Source: an uncultured virus (IMG/VR IMGVR_UViG_3300025915_000006) (Duplodnaviria > Heunggongvirae > Uroviricota > Caudoviricetes). Taken from it: a stretch of 64,000 nucleotides of DNA. Of the stretch, positions 8,040-17,423 are shown piece by piece; within the stretch, counting starts at the first letter, position 1; each line of letters starts with the position of its first letter. The translations under genes were made by a program, and so were the position numbers. The stretch lies in IMG/VR virus record IMGVR_UViG_3300025915_000006; one strand, written 5' to 3'. The notes beneath the pieces were generated by a model. It saw only the letters and a program-made list of their open reading frames with translations, made no database searches and had not been told where the DNA came from.

Positions 8040-10946
8040 TTAGGAACGCGGCCCGATGTAGCGCTTCGCCGCCGCGTAGGAATTGAGGCGGTAACGCATG
8101 ACCTCGCCCGGCGCTGCGGGAACCGTGCCGCCGTGCATGGTCAGGAACAGCGGGCCGTTGATGCCCATCTCGGGGTGCCTTCGCCATGCAAAATCGGTCT
8201 TCGCCCACCGATGCACACCATCGACCCACGCTTCCATGATGCCGTCGTGGACCGCCGTTCCGTTGCCAAGGGAATCGAACGGGCCGACGATGCTGTTCAT
8301 CTTCATGCGCCACTCGATGCAGTGCCAGACGCCTTTCTCCAGTACCGCCGTGCCGCAGTTGATGATCTCTTCAGTGCCGTAGGGCGTGTTTTCGTACGGC
8401 CCGAGGTGTGACGCCATCATCAGCAGAGGACGATAGTTCTGGTACGGCGTACCCGAGGGTCGGCATTCGCCCATGTGCTGGCGGATCGAGTGCCCCTGAT
8501 ACTCGTAACGACCATTAGCGTTCGGCTGCACGCTGACGACCTTGAGGCCCGTTCCCTTGCTGCCGGAATTTCCCGTCGTGTTCTGCCAGTAGCCGCCGTT
8601 GCTGTCCATCCAGTAACCGGACCGTGCGTCGAAGCCGATACAGCCCTTCACACCGTCTACGGTCGTCCAGAAATTGTCCTCGAGCATCAGGTACGCGCGC
8701 ACGTACATTTCATCGACCACCGTCGCCGGATCGATCGCGCGCAGCGGGTCGCTCAGGTTCGGCAGTGTCGCCCACTGCCCGGTAAGGTTCAGCGACGACG
8801 TGTCGGCGATGCGGCCAAGCCCGTGCACCATGCTCGGACGGATGTACTGCGTTCCCGGATAGTCTGGATCGTCGGTGAAATCCAGTTCATAGCCGACAAT
8901 CGATGCAGCGGGACAACTGTTAAGCGTGCCGAGCGGCGACGGAGTGGCTGCGTTGGCGTGGATGGCGCCGAGACTATCGGTCGTCGTGAACCAGTTGCTT
9001 TTCCGAAAATCGCCGGCCTCGAACACGTCGGGATGCGTCGGAAGATTCGCCTCTCCAGCCTCCTGCGCGATGCCGGGCACGGGCGTTGAGCCGTCAGTCC
9101 CCGAGTAGCAGTACGGAGGATCGGTCTGCATCAGTTGCAGCGTCAGCGCCGTGGTGGTATCGGTCGCCATGACATAGAGCCGCAGCGTGGCCTTTTGCAC
9201 GGCGCTCGCCTTGAAATCGGGGAAGTGCAGCAGTCCGACGGTGCCCTTGATCAACTTCGCGCTTTGCCGCGTATCGGTGCCGGCGGAAGTCGAAACCATG
9301 AATGAAACCAACGCGCCGGTCAGCGTGACTCCGTCGACCACGAGTTGCGGCGGGTTCGCGGACAACCGACCGGCGACTTGCGCGAACGCGGTGAATCCCT
9401 TGGTCGCCTCCGACCGCAGGTAAATGCCCTTGTTGTGTCCCGAGGCAGCCCACTTCTGCGCAAGCGCGGTCACGTCGACTTCTACGTAGCCGGGCGCCAA
9501 TGCCGGACCAAGCGTCAACGTCTGGTAGGCGACCGTACCCTGCGGCGCATCGCTTGCGTCGAGCCAGTTGCCGTAATACCAGGTGTGATGACCCACGTAA
9601 GCCGGCCACGGCAATTGCAGTTCGTGATTCCACTCGATGCGCGTCGGTCCATAAACGCCGCTGTCCTCGATCGCGTATTGCGGAAACGCGGAGGTCATAG
9701 GCGACGGCGCGGGTGCGGGTGCAGGAGCCGGCGCTGGAGCAGGTGCAGGTGCAGGCGCGGGGATCGGATCAGGCGCCGGAGCGGGGACAGGAGCGACGAG
9801 GTCCGCCGTCGCCATGAACAGAATATTGCTCGCGAAGTTCGGCAGATACGCGATACCGCGCAGCGCCGGGAAATAGCAGAAGCGCTGCTCGACGTTGTTG
9901 GTCGCAGCCGGTGTGGTCGCCACCTTCACCGCCGCGCCGGTCGCGGGATCGATGCGAAACACGCGCGTGCCGTCGCTCACGTAATACTGATCGAGGTCGG
10001 TGTCGTGGACGAACGCGCTGTCCTGAATCAGCTTCACTTCACCGTCGATTCCGGTCAGCGGCAGCATCGTCACCGCGAGCGTGGTGAGGTCGATGCAGGT
10101 GATCGCCGTGATGCTCGCGATCATCAGCCGGTTGCGCGCGACGTCGACCAAGCCTTCGCAGTGACCGCCGTTGACGGCCGTGCCGAGCTTCAGCGTGCTC
10201 CACGCCTTGGTTGCGAAGGTCCACTTGAACCAGCTCCACCCCACCGAGGCGACGTAAATATCCCCGGTCGCCGGGTTATGCGCGACCGTCGCCGCGGTGA
10301 GATTCGCGATCGACGGAATGGGATACGGATTCGTTCCCGCCGCGTCCCACGTGTTCGTCGTCAGGTCGAAGCGGTCGAACACCGCGGCCGCATTGGCCGC
10401 GCCCCACAGCGCCGCCGCGAACGGATAGACCACGCCCATCTGCGCGATATAGCGCCCGGAGAAGTAGCTATGCCGGGACGCTGGACGGCCGTCCTTGTAA
10501 TACGGCGTCGGCTGCGCCTGCGCTTCGGTGAGCGTGGGGATGTCCGCAGCCGCGCTGCACGGCAGCAACACCGACCACGCCGGGGCGTCTTTGCCGAGGT
10601 CGATCTGATACACGCCGTTGTCGGAACTGTCGGCGTGCCCGCCGTTGGCCGGCGAAACCCAGCGGCCGTCGGGAATCGGCACCAGCCCGTTCCAGGCGTT
10701 GATCGTCACCGACTTGACGCCCAGCGACGCCATGCCGGTGCCGGGAATGGCGACGAACTGCCCGATGGGCAAGCCTTGCCGCCACGCCGGGCCGGAAGCC
10801 GCGCTCTTGTCGAGCACCGCCGCGCTCAAGCCCTTCGCATACACCGTCACACTTCCCGATGGCGAAGAAGCGCCCACGACTTGTGCGGGAGGCGCGCCGT
10901 CTATGGTCTCGACGGTCAGGCCCTTCGCAAAGACGCTGACGCTCAC
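8040..10946 (-). CDS. 968-aa multidomain protein: propeller-like domain, PA linker, DNRLRE-like domain, polysaccharide-lyase-like jelly roll
   Basis: AWNG..GGHADSSDNGVY; (PA)n linker at about 9700-9795; VEVDVTALAQKW..NKGIYL; KGVWHCIEWRMKMN..DGIMEAWVDG. Confidence 0.55.
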   Translation of the reverse strand: MSVSVFAKGLTVETIDGAPPAQVVGASSPSGSVTVYAKGLSAAVLDKSAASGPAWRQGLPIGQFVAIPGTGMASLGVKSVTINAWNGLVPIPDGRWVSPANGGHADSSDNGVYQIDLGKDAPAWSVLLPCSAAADIPTLTEAQAQPTPYYKDGRPASRHSYFSGRYIAQMGVVYPFAAALWGAANAAAVFDRFDLTTNTWDAAGTNPYPIPSIANLTAATVAHNPATGDIYVASVGWSWFKWTFATKAWSTLKLGTAVNGGHCEGLVDVARNRLMIASITAITCIDLTTLAVTMLPLTGIDGEVKLIQDSAFVHDTDLDQYYVSDGTRVFRIDPATGAAVKVATTPAATNNVEQRFCYFPALRGIAYLPNFASNILFMATADLVAPVPAPAPDPIPAPAPAPAPAPAPAPAPAPSPMTSAFPQYAIEDSGVYGPTRIEWNHELQLPWPAYVGHHTWYYGNWLDASDAPQGTVAYQTLTLGPALAPGYVEVDVTALAQKWAASGHNKGIYLRSEATKGFTAFAQVAGRLSANPPQLVVDGVTLTGALVSFMVSTSAGTDTRQSAKLIKGTVGLLHFPDFKASAVQKATLRLYVMATDTTTALTLQLMQTDPPYCYSGTDGSTPVPGIAQEAGEANLPTHPDVFEAGDFRKSNWFTTTDSLGAIHANAATPSPLGTLNSCPAASIVGYELDFTDDPDYPGTQYIRPSMVHGLGRIADTSSLNLTGQWATLPNLSDPLRAIDPATVVDEMYVRAYLMLEDNFWTTVDGVKGCIGFDARSGYWMDSNGGYWQNTTGNSGSKGTGLKVVSVQPNANGRYEYQGHSIRQHMGECRPSGTPYQNYRPLLMMASHLGPYENTPYGTEEIINCGTAVLEKGVWHCIEWRMKMNSIVGPFDSLGNGTAVHDGIMEAWVDGVHRWAKTDFAWRRHPEMGINGPLFLTMHGGTVPAAPGEVMRYRLNSYAAAKRYIGPRS

Positions 10947-11206
10947 GCCGGCAGCGCTCCGATGAGGTCGGCGAGCGCCGCATTCTCGGCGGCATCTGCG
11001 GTGTTCAGCGTCGCCGCCTTGGTCTTGATCGCGGCGAGCTGTCCTTGCAGCGTCGTGATCGTCGCGTTCGCGGTCGCGAGGTTAGCGTTCGCGGTCGCGA
11101 GGTCCGTCGTCAGTTGCGCCACCTGCGCGCTCTGATCGACCGGCGGATCACCGTCGACGACGCTTACCGTGACGGTGGAGGGCTTGTAAATCGTGATGTC
11201 GGCCAT
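10943..11206 (-). CDS. Small coiled-coil protein
   Basis: GAGG RBS; heptad repeat LATANANLATANAT; overlaps the next gene start. Confidence 0.75.
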   Translation of the reverse strand: MADITIYKPSTVTVSVVDGDPPVDQSAQVAQLTTDLATANANLATANATITTLQGQLAAIKTKAATLNTADAAENAALADLIGALPA

Positions 11207-11247
11207 GGCTTACCTCGAAAGCGGGCGCCAGCAGACGCCCTTGGTGA

Positions 11248-11505
11248 TTACGCAGCAGCCGGCGGGTTCGCGCTGTCGATCGCGGCCGAGGTCGCGTTCG
11301 CTTCGTCGACCAGCGCTTGCAAGGCTGCCGGATCGTTCGCAGCAACCGCGGCGGCGAGTTTCGCGGCCAGATCCTGATACGCGGCGATGAGTCCCTGCAC
11401 CTTCGTGTCTTCGTTTTGCATTGCGGTTTTCAGATCGTCGAGTTTGGCCATGATGGTGCTTTGGTTGGTGAGGATTAACGCGATGTCGCGGATGAATCGG
11501 AACAT
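11248..11505 (-). CDS. Small Ala-rich coiled-coil protein
   Basis: MAKLDDLKTAMQ...DPAALQALVDE; start at 11505 or 11451. Confidence 0.7.
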   Translation of the reverse strand: MFRFIRDIALILTNQSTIMAKLDDLKTAMQNEDTKVQGLIAAYQDLAAKLAAAVAANDPAALQALVDEANATSAAIDSANPPAAA

Positions 11506-11595
11506 CAGCGCCAGAAGTGGAAGAAATACGATTCGTCGCGAATACGCGCGATCACCGCGGCCGCGAGAAGCCCGGCACACAACTCCGCGTAGGCG

Positions 11596-11775
11596 TCAAT
11601 CAGGCCGCGGCAGCTCGGCAAACTTGGCGCCGCGATACCAGTAGCCGTCAGCGAGTCTTTTGCAGCCGGGAACCTCGCATTCGGTCGCGAAACCATGACG
11701 AATCTCGAAATGTCCTTCTACGGTATGGGCCGGACAGCGGAAGTGCAGGTAGCAGCCGGCAATGGGGATAGGCAT
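11596..11775 (-). CDS. 59-aa hypothetical protein, possible Zn ligand pattern
   Basis: Manual translation MPIPIAGCYLHFRCPAH...CEVPGCKRLADGYWY; shorter than any ORF in the track. Confidence 0.4.
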   Translation of the reverse strand: MPIPIAGCYLHFRCPAHTVEGHFEIRHGFATECEVPGCKRLADGYWYRGAKFAELPRPD

Positions 11776-11950
11776 GAAAAAACCCGCACGCGGCGGGTTT
11801 GTTTATCGTGGAACTAGATTTACGCGGTCGCGAAGGCTCCGCATCTACGGAGCGCCTCCGCGATTGATTCGCGGGAATTGGGCAACCGCCCAACTGGGCT
11901 CAATGATGCCATCGCAAATGTTGCTTAGGTGCCTGTTTGTATTTACGTTT
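11776..11950 (-). promoter_or_regulatory. Late leader (pR'/tR'-like) ending in an intrinsic terminator
   Basis: Non-coding stretch downstream of the Q-like gene with several hairpins, ending AAACCCGC-CGCGT-GCGGGTTTTTT (about 11776-11801). Confidence 0.6.
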
Positions 11951-11954
11951 TGCT

Positions 11955-12386
11955 TTACGCCGCAGCGAGCTGTCTGCCGAACACGCGTTGCCTGCCGTGC
12001 TCGAAAGTGTCGAGCTGGATTTGCAGCTCATGGCGAGCAACCCGAAGGTAGTCGCGCCAGTCGCTTGGCCTAAGCATGAGGCTCGCGTACCGCTTTATCA
12101 GCCGGCAGGAGATGACCGGATGAAGAACCTCGCCGTCAACCGTCGCGTGGTAATGGTATTTGAGACACCAGCGCGAGCGAATCGGAAGCTCCCGCCAAGC
12201 CAGTTCCATGTCCCATGCGTCCCAGATGTCGATCGGGTCGGGCGCCTTCGGCGGTGGATCGCCGGTATCGTATTCAACCTCGACGCCGCGCGGCGGTCTA
12301 AAACGCCCCTCCAGACTGAAGCAGCGTCCATGCTGCCGATACCACGCGTGCGCCCGAGCCCAGTTACGCAGCCTGCTTTTCAGCAT
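11955..12386 (-). CDS. Late antitermination protein, Q-like
   Basis: RLRNWARA N-terminus, LEGRF, AWRELP..LKYHY; last early gene before the late leader. Confidence 0.65.
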   Translation of the reverse strand: MLKSRLRNWARAHAWYRQHGRCFSLEGRFRPPRGVEVEYDTGDPPPKAPDPIDIWDAWDMELAWRELPIRSRWCLKYHYHATVDGEVLHPVISCRLIKRYASLMLRPSDWRDYLRVARHELQIQLDTFEHGRQRVFGRQLAAA

Positions 12387-12654
12387 TCCGTTTCCTTCGC
12401 CAGTGTCTGACGCTGATGGTTGAGCATATCCTGCACCTGATCTGCAAGTAGAGCCCGCGCCGGGAAAAATCCTTCCACGGGAGCCACCGCTTGCAGTCCA
12501 GGCAAAACCGCTCGTTGCCTGCGGCGGTGAATCTGTCTACCTCCTCGCTGGTCCTGCGCTTTCTTCGACGATCGATCACAGCCCCGCCACGAAACGAAAT
12601 ACCCGCCATGCCAGCGCCAGCGGAATCGCGATCAGGACGGTTAATACACTCCAA
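12364..12654 (-). CDS. Small Zn-finger-like protein
   Basis: CLDCKRWLPWKDF...CRIC. Confidence 0.5.
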   Translation of the reverse strand: MECINRPDRDSAGAGMAGISFRGGAVIDRRRKRRTSEEVDRFTAAGNERFCLDCKRWLPWKDFSRRGLYLQIRCRICSTISVRHWRRKRNAEKQAA

Positions 12655-12687
12655 GCTCCTAATGCGCCGAGCAGTGATGCGATGGGG

Positions 12688-12873
12688 CTAGGTTTCATCG
12701 CCGACCTCGCTTGCATCCAGAAACCCGTTCGCCCCGCCTGTAGCAAACGCGACTTCGTAGGTCACGCCGGATTCGCGAAAGGTGATTGCAACGACGGTAG
12801 CAGGTGATCCCATCGCAGATACTTTTTCACCAATAGCGTAGCGGGATTGGAAGTGACCGGTCATTTCAGTCAA
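12688..12873 (-). CDS. Hypothetical protein
   Basis: Small ORF in a tightly packed nin-like run. Confidence 0.55.
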   Translation of the reverse strand: MTEMTGHFQSRYAIGEKVSAMGSPATVVAITFRESGVTYEVAFATGGANGFLDASEVGDET

Positions 12874-13108
12874 TGCAAATCTTGTCGATCGCGTCGCCCG
12901 TGTGATAGAACGCGAGCGATTTTTCGAGCTCCTCGCCGAGCCGCTTGATGGCCCATGCGACGCCTTCCTGAGCGACGGTGCGACAAGTCATATGCAATCC
13001 GGCATCGCGCGCCTTGGCGCTGAATTCAGGATCGAAACCCTCAACGGCTATCCACTCTTCGTCGATGACCACGCGGCGCTTCGGCAGGTCGATAGCGTTA
13101 TCGCGCAT
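12866..13108 (-). CDS. Hypothetical protein
   Basis: ATG 13108; overlaps both neighbours. Confidence 0.55.
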   Translation of the reverse strand: MRDNAIDLPKRRVVIDEEWIAVEGFDPEFSAKARDAGLHMTCRTVAQEGVAWAIKRLGEELEKSLAFYHTGDAIDKICID

Positions 13109-13523
13109 TGGCGGCAAGGTTCTGCGGCACCCACTCCGCGACGAAGCCAGGGTAATAGTCGTCGATGTCAGCGGTGCCGACTGACAGAACCACCTTGCCG
13201 GTAATTGCGTCCACAAAATCCAAGACTTCGTTCTCGCTGCCATATTCATCTTTGCCGCGCATGGTCGCTATCACCTCATGCGGCGTGATGGCGTACTCCG
13301 CTCTGGAGTCCGTCACCTTGAGATAACGCATGCTGCTGCGATAACCGTCATCCGGGTCTTCAACCGCGGAATAGGTGACGCCGTCCAGCGTGAACGTCAG
13401 CGACTCGCAATCCTCGAACCCGTCGCCCCAACACTTGATGCTCTCCGTCCCACTGCCGACTGCGGTCAGCGTGTGCTTTCCAACGAGAGATTCCAGTTCT
13501 ACGGTGTTTGGTTCATCGCTCAT
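13098..13523 (-). CDS. Acidic hypothetical phage protein
   Basis: ATG 13523 immediately after the rtcB stop; EDPDDGYRS and DDYYP motifs. Confidence 0.65.
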   Translation of the reverse strand: MSDEPNTVELESLVGKHTLTAVGSGTESIKCWGDGFEDCESLTFTLDGVTYSAVEDPDDGYRSSMRYLKVTDSRAEYAITPHEVIATMRGKDEYGSENEVLDFVDAITGKVVLSVGTADIDDYYPGFVAEWVPQNLAANAR

Positions 13524-13525
13524 AC

Positions 13526-14686
13526 TCAATTCCCTTTCACGCATAGGACTTGCTTCAACGTGTGAACCACCTCGACGAGATCGGCCTGATTCGCCATGAC
13601 CTCGTCGATGTCTTTGTAGGCTCCTGGTATCTCGTCCAGCACAGACGCATCCTTGCGGCACTCGACGCCGGCCGTTTGCTGCTCTAGCTGCTCGACCGTG
13701 AAGGACTTGCGCGCGGCGGCGCGGGACATTCTTCGACCGGCACCGTGCGAACAAGAGCAGTAGGAATCAGGATTGCCTTTACCGCGAACGATGTAAGAAC
13801 GAGCGCCCATGCTTCCCGGGATGACGCCGAGATCACCGTCGCGGGCACGGATTGCGCCTTTGCGCGTGACATAGACGTTTTTCCCGAAATGGTTTTCGAT
13901 CTCGACGTAGTTGTGATGACAGTTGATCGCCTCCTGCGTCACGTCGAAAGGCTTGACGCGATGCGCGAGCGACCGCAGCACCGTTGCCATCATCAGCTTG
14001 CGGTTTTCCAAGGCGTAGTCCTGCGCCCAATGCACGGCCTCGATGTAGTCGCGGAAGTCCTGCGTGCTCTCCGGAAGGTACGCGAGGTCTGCATCTGGAA
14101 GTGTGATGAAATACTCCTCCATCCGCTTCTTTGCGCGCTCGATGAAGTGCATGCCGATCCGATTGCCAATGCCGCGCGAGCCGCTATGCAGGACAACCCA
14201 CACTGCACCGTTTTCGTCCAAGCACACTTCGATGAAGTGGTTGCCGGAACCGAGCGAGCCTAGTTGATGGCTCGCCCTCTCCGCTACCTTGTCGCCGACA
14301 GCGTTGCGCACGGTCTGCGGAATGGCGATCAGAGCGCCTACCTTCTGATGCGCGCCGCCGGGTCCGAGCGGAATTCCGCGCTCGATGTCGTGTCTAAGTT
14401 CCGTGAGCGAATCGGGTAAGTCATCAGCCGTCAGGGACGTGCGCACAGCGTTCATGCCGCAGCCGATGTCGACTCCGACAGCAGCCGGAATGATGGCCTT
14501 GTGTGTCGCGATGACGGTCCCGACAGTCGCGCCTATGCCCGCGTGAACGTCCGGCATGACTGCAACGCCGTGCGGGTGCAGGAATGGCATCTGCGCCATA
14601 TTGCGAATCTGGACCATCGCCGAGTCCTCGACGTGATCCGTCCAGATGTGGACCGGTCGCGACCCTTCGTCGTGGATCACCTGCAT
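13526..14686 (-). CDS. rtcB: RtcB-family RNA ligase
   Basis: MPDVHAG, GVDIGCGM, GSGNHFIE, HSGSRG, HHNY, RKGA, PGSMG, SHGAGR and DEIPGAYK are all intact. Confidence 0.97.
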   Translation of the reverse strand: MQVIHDEGSRPVHIWTDHVEDSAMVQIRNMAQMPFLHPHGVAVMPDVHAGIGATVGTVIATHKAIIPAAVGVDIGCGMNAVRTSLTADDLPDSLTELRHDIERGIPLGPGGAHQKVGALIAIPQTVRNAVGDKVAERASHQLGSLGSGNHFIEVCLDENGAVWVVLHSGSRGIGNRIGMHFIERAKKRMEEYFITLPDADLAYLPESTQDFRDYIEAVHWAQDYALENRKLMMATVLRSLAHRVKPFDVTQEAINCHHNYVEIENHFGKNVYVTRKGAIRARDGDLGVIPGSMGARSYIVRGKGNPDSYCSCSHGAGRRMSRAAARKSFTVEQLEQQTAGVECRKDASVLDEIPGAYKDIDEVMANQADLVEVVHTLKQVLCVKGN

Positions 14687-14720
14687 AGCGCGTGGCCGTC
14701 AGTGTTGGCGCTCGCAGAAC

Positions 14721-14933
14721 TCATGCTTTTCGCTCAGCAGTCTGCATAACGTCACGCTTGCCCGTGATAACCCCACCTAATGCATCAACGCTTTTCATCC
14801 GCAACTGAAACTCAATATCTGCAAGCTGCTCCAGAATCGAAGCTAATCGTGGTTTCCAGAAGTCATCGGGACGCAACTGCTCGGCGGCCAGCTCCCGTAC
14901 GAGAGCGTCTATTTCGGCGGCGAGGGCTGTCAT
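14721..14933 (-). CDS. Hypothetical protein
   Basis: ATGA overlap with the upstream gene. Confidence 0.55.
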   Translation of the reverse strand: MTALAAEIDALVRELAAEQLRPDDFWKPRLASILEQLADIEFQLRMKSVDALGGVITGKRDVMQTAERKA

Positions 14934-15559
14934 TTCGCAACCACCTTGCCGAGAAATGTCGCGAGTTGGGTGCGCACATGCTCGGGCATGTGCGCACTCT
15001 GATGATCGAGCAGTTCAACGTCACACGCCGGAGCCGGCAGGATTCCGCGGACGCGCTCGTGGGTAAGCCGGCCCTTTTCGATCGCGGCGAGCAGCGCCGT
15101 TTCGCGGCCCGCTGGATCGTGCCCTAGCGAAGGCGACCACCGCGCATGCCGACGCTCGTTCCTGGCCGTTGCGACGCGCGCCTGATACGCCTCCATGAAC
15201 GCTGACCGCGCTGCGATGGTCTGGCCTTCGTGGAGCAAGGGTGCGGCAACGCCGAACGCTTCCGCCATTTCCTCGGTCCAGACGACCGATCCAGATTCGT
15301 CCTGCGGGATCATCGCCCACGCCTCGTTCGGTCCAGGTCTTCCATCGTCCAGCCGTTCAATGATCGCCGCGATGGTCAGGCGCGACTTCAGCTCCCGCCG
15401 GCAGCGAGTCAATGCGCCGAGCACCTGGGCCAGCGGGTAGACGGCGAGGTCCATCGCCATGACCTTGACAGCGGCTTTGGAAAGTTCGGTCCCGGTCAGC
15501 TCGGCCGTGACCGCGAGACCGTCGATCAGGTCGTCCAGCGCCGACGAATCAAGAGGCAT
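14930..15559 (-). CDS. Replication-associated protein (P / helicase-loader position)
   Basis: Follows the initiator gene; DDGRPGPNEAWA motif. Function inferred from position. Confidence 0.6.
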   Translation of the reverse strand: MPLDSSALDDLIDGLAVTAELTGTELSKAAVKVMAMDLAVYPLAQVLGALTRCRRELKSRLTIAAIIERLDDGRPGPNEAWAMIPQDESGSVVWTEEMAEAFGVAAPLLHEGQTIAARSAFMEAYQARVATARNERRHARWSPSLGHDPAGRETALLAAIEKGRLTHERVRGILPAPACDVELLDHQSAHMPEHVRTQLATFLGKVVAK

Positions 15560-16487
15560 TTTTCAACTCCCTCCGCGCTTCCTCGAACACGTTTCCTCGG
15601 GCTGCTGTTTTGTCTGCCATGCGCGCCTCGGAGTCAGTGCCGTGGCGATTCGTTGCCCATTCAGTTCGCAACTTCTCGGCATCAGCCAGCAAGAGGTCAA
15701 TCGCATGGCCGCGACCGACGTAATACGCGTTCTGGCTGCGCACGAAATGAGCAGCGACAGCCGGGGCTTCTGCACTCGGCAAACGGTCTAGCAGGTGAAT
15801 GACGACGCCGTTTGTCTTGGCGTTCCGGACTGGCTCCTCGCGATAGCGCGTGAAGTACGCGTCGCTGTAGGCTTGCCAGACCGCCCTTGCGTTTTCACGC
15901 CTCTCTTCCGTCAGGTTGACCCTGGGTGGGCGCGAAGCGACCAGCGCACCAGGTTTTGACTTTGGGGTTGCTTTTGAATCTAGTATCACTGTCGCTTCGC
16001 TTCGCTTCACTGTCGCTTCTCTCTCTACCGTTCCGGAACCGTTCCGTCCGCGTCCTGTCCGCGTTCCGTCCGCGTCCTGTCCGCGTTCCGTCCGCGTCCT
16101 CGCGGCACGAAAGTCCGCCTTGCGCTTGCGGTCCTTGACGCGCTTATCCCAAGCTTCCAGCGCCCATTTAGCAAGTTCCTTGTGATACAGGCGGCCGTCG
16201 CTGCACTTGACCCAACCGCGCATGGCGATCGGTCGAAGCCTCCCCCACGCCTTTAGCGATTCGCCCTTTCCGGCATAGTCGGCGAGCAGCACGTCGTTAT
16301 CCGGCAGACTTGCGGCCGGGACTTCCTTCGCATAGGCGTGCCACCAAAGACGAAGCGCGGCGACCTTCGCTTCGGCAGATGCCGCGACCCACGTCTCCGA
16401 GCTGAATAGGCGGTCGCCGTAGAGCGGCATGAAGTCGTAGCCTCGCAAATCCACTTCCGCCGGTACCAGCGGGGTCAATTCCGACAT
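15549..16487 (-). CDS. Replication initiator (DUF1376/YdaU-like N-domain)
   Basis: VDLRGYDFMPL, LWWHAY, SLPDNDVLLA, GWVKCSDGRLYH; contains internal iterons. Confidence 0.8.
   Translation of the reverse strand: MSELTPLVPAEVDLRGYDFMPLYGDRLFSSETWVAASAEAKVAALRLWWHAYAKEVPAASLPDNDVLLADYAGKGESLKAWGRLRPIAMRGWVKCSDGRLYHKELAKWALEAWDKRVKDRKRKADFRAARTRTERGQDADGTRTGRGRNGSGTVEREATVKRSEATVILDSKATPKSKPGALVASRPPRVNLTEERRENARAVWQAYSDAYFTRYREEPVRNAKTNGVVIHLLDRLPSAEAPAVAAHFVRSQNAYYVGRGHAIDLLLADAEKLRTEWATNRHGTDSEARMADKTAARGNVFEEARRELKNAS
16041..16100. repeat. Origin iterons: about 5.5 x 11-bp units alternating GTTCCGTCCGC / GTCCTGTCCGC
   Basis: Visible tandem array inside the initiator gene, near a relatively AT-rich tract (about 15950-15990). 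Confidence 0.75.
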
Positions 16488-16496
16488 GCTTTATGC

Positions 16497-17153
16497 CTAT
16501 TCATCGCAGAGTGGATCGAGCGGGAACGGCACCAAGCGATGCAGGTCCAGCGTTTGGGTGAGGCCGGGAAACTCGTCGGGGCGACCTCGGTAGTAGAAAT
16601 TGGCAATCGCGGCGACCACGCCATCAACGCTTCGGTAAAGCCATTCTCGGGACCCGCCCTCTAGACGATGGTCTTCGTACCCGCGTTCCTTGAGTTCCGC
16701 GGGAGAAGGCGCCGTCCTGTACGCCTCGGAGCCGGTCACGCGAAAGATTCGCCAACCGTGCTCGAACAATCGCGCGTCGCGTGCGCGGTCCTTGTCACGG
16801 TCGTGCCACTGCTTGCCGTCCGTCTCCAGACCAATCCTGCGGATCGGATCGGCAAAGTCGATGAAGTAATCGAGCACCGGGAACTGCGGGTACATCGGGA
16901 CGCCGTGACAGCGGATGGAGTCCCACGCATCCATTTCTATCGGCGTGAAGTAGCGAATCCAGTCGATGAAATACGGATCAACGCGCTTGCCCTCTGCGGC
17001 TGCGCGCTCAATCATCGGCGTCGCGATCGCATAGATATTCCTGATGATTGCGAACTGCTCGCTGCGCGAAGAGGCAAAAAAGTTCTCCGCAGCGATGGCT
17101 ATTTCGCCGAGAGCCCGCAAATCGCCGCTCATGCGTCCGTACTCGTCCGTCAT
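16497..17153 (-). CDS. DUF559/Vsr-like endonuclease
   Basis: TPIE..W, PQFPVLDYFIDFA, LETDGKQWH, DRARDARL, GWRIFRVTG. Confidence 0.8.
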   Translation of the reverse strand: MTDEYGRMSGDLRALGEIAIAAENFFASSRSEQFAIIRNIYAIATPMIERAAAEGKRVDPYFIDWIRYFTPIEMDAWDSIRCHGVPMYPQFPVLDYFIDFADPIRRIGLETDGKQWHDRDKDRARDARLFEHGWRIFRVTGSEAYRTAPSPAELKERGYEDHRLEGGSREWLYRSVDGVVAAIANFYYRGRPDEFPGLTQTLDLHRLVPFPLDPLCDE

Positions 17154-17359
17154 TTCAATCGTTCCGCTTCCACCAATTTCCACCATTCCGCGAACTTTTC
17201 CGCGGACCATGCTTTCTCTAGCTGCCGGTAGCGTGCTTTTCTCTGTGCGACGTTTCTTTCTGTCGTTCCACCAAGGACATCAACGTAATGACGAGCCATG
17301 CAGCCCGTGCATTCAAAATGAAACTCCCATCGGTTGCCGGATTCACAGCCACAATTCAT
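17150..17359 (-). CDS. Small Cys-containing hypothetical protein
   Basis: CGC...CTGC; overlaps the downstream start. Confidence 0.55.
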   Translation of the reverse strand: MNCGCESGNRWEFHFECTGCMARHYVDVLGGTTERNVAQRKARYRQLEKAWSAEKFAEWWKLVEAERLK

Positions 17360-17423
17360 TTCATTTGGCTGGCGTGGTTTGCGATCAAGCGTGACGATTC
17401 ACAGACTTCGCTGCGAAAGGCCG

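Noticed and set aside
5626..11135. Long Arg-rich plus-strand ORFs (379, 501, 596 aa)
   Set aside because: Antisense shadows typical of GC-rich coding DNA; no motifs recognised.
16041..16100. CRISPR array
   Set aside because: Contiguous 11-bp units without spacers, inside a coding gene; no CRISPR array or cas operon seen anywhere in the window.
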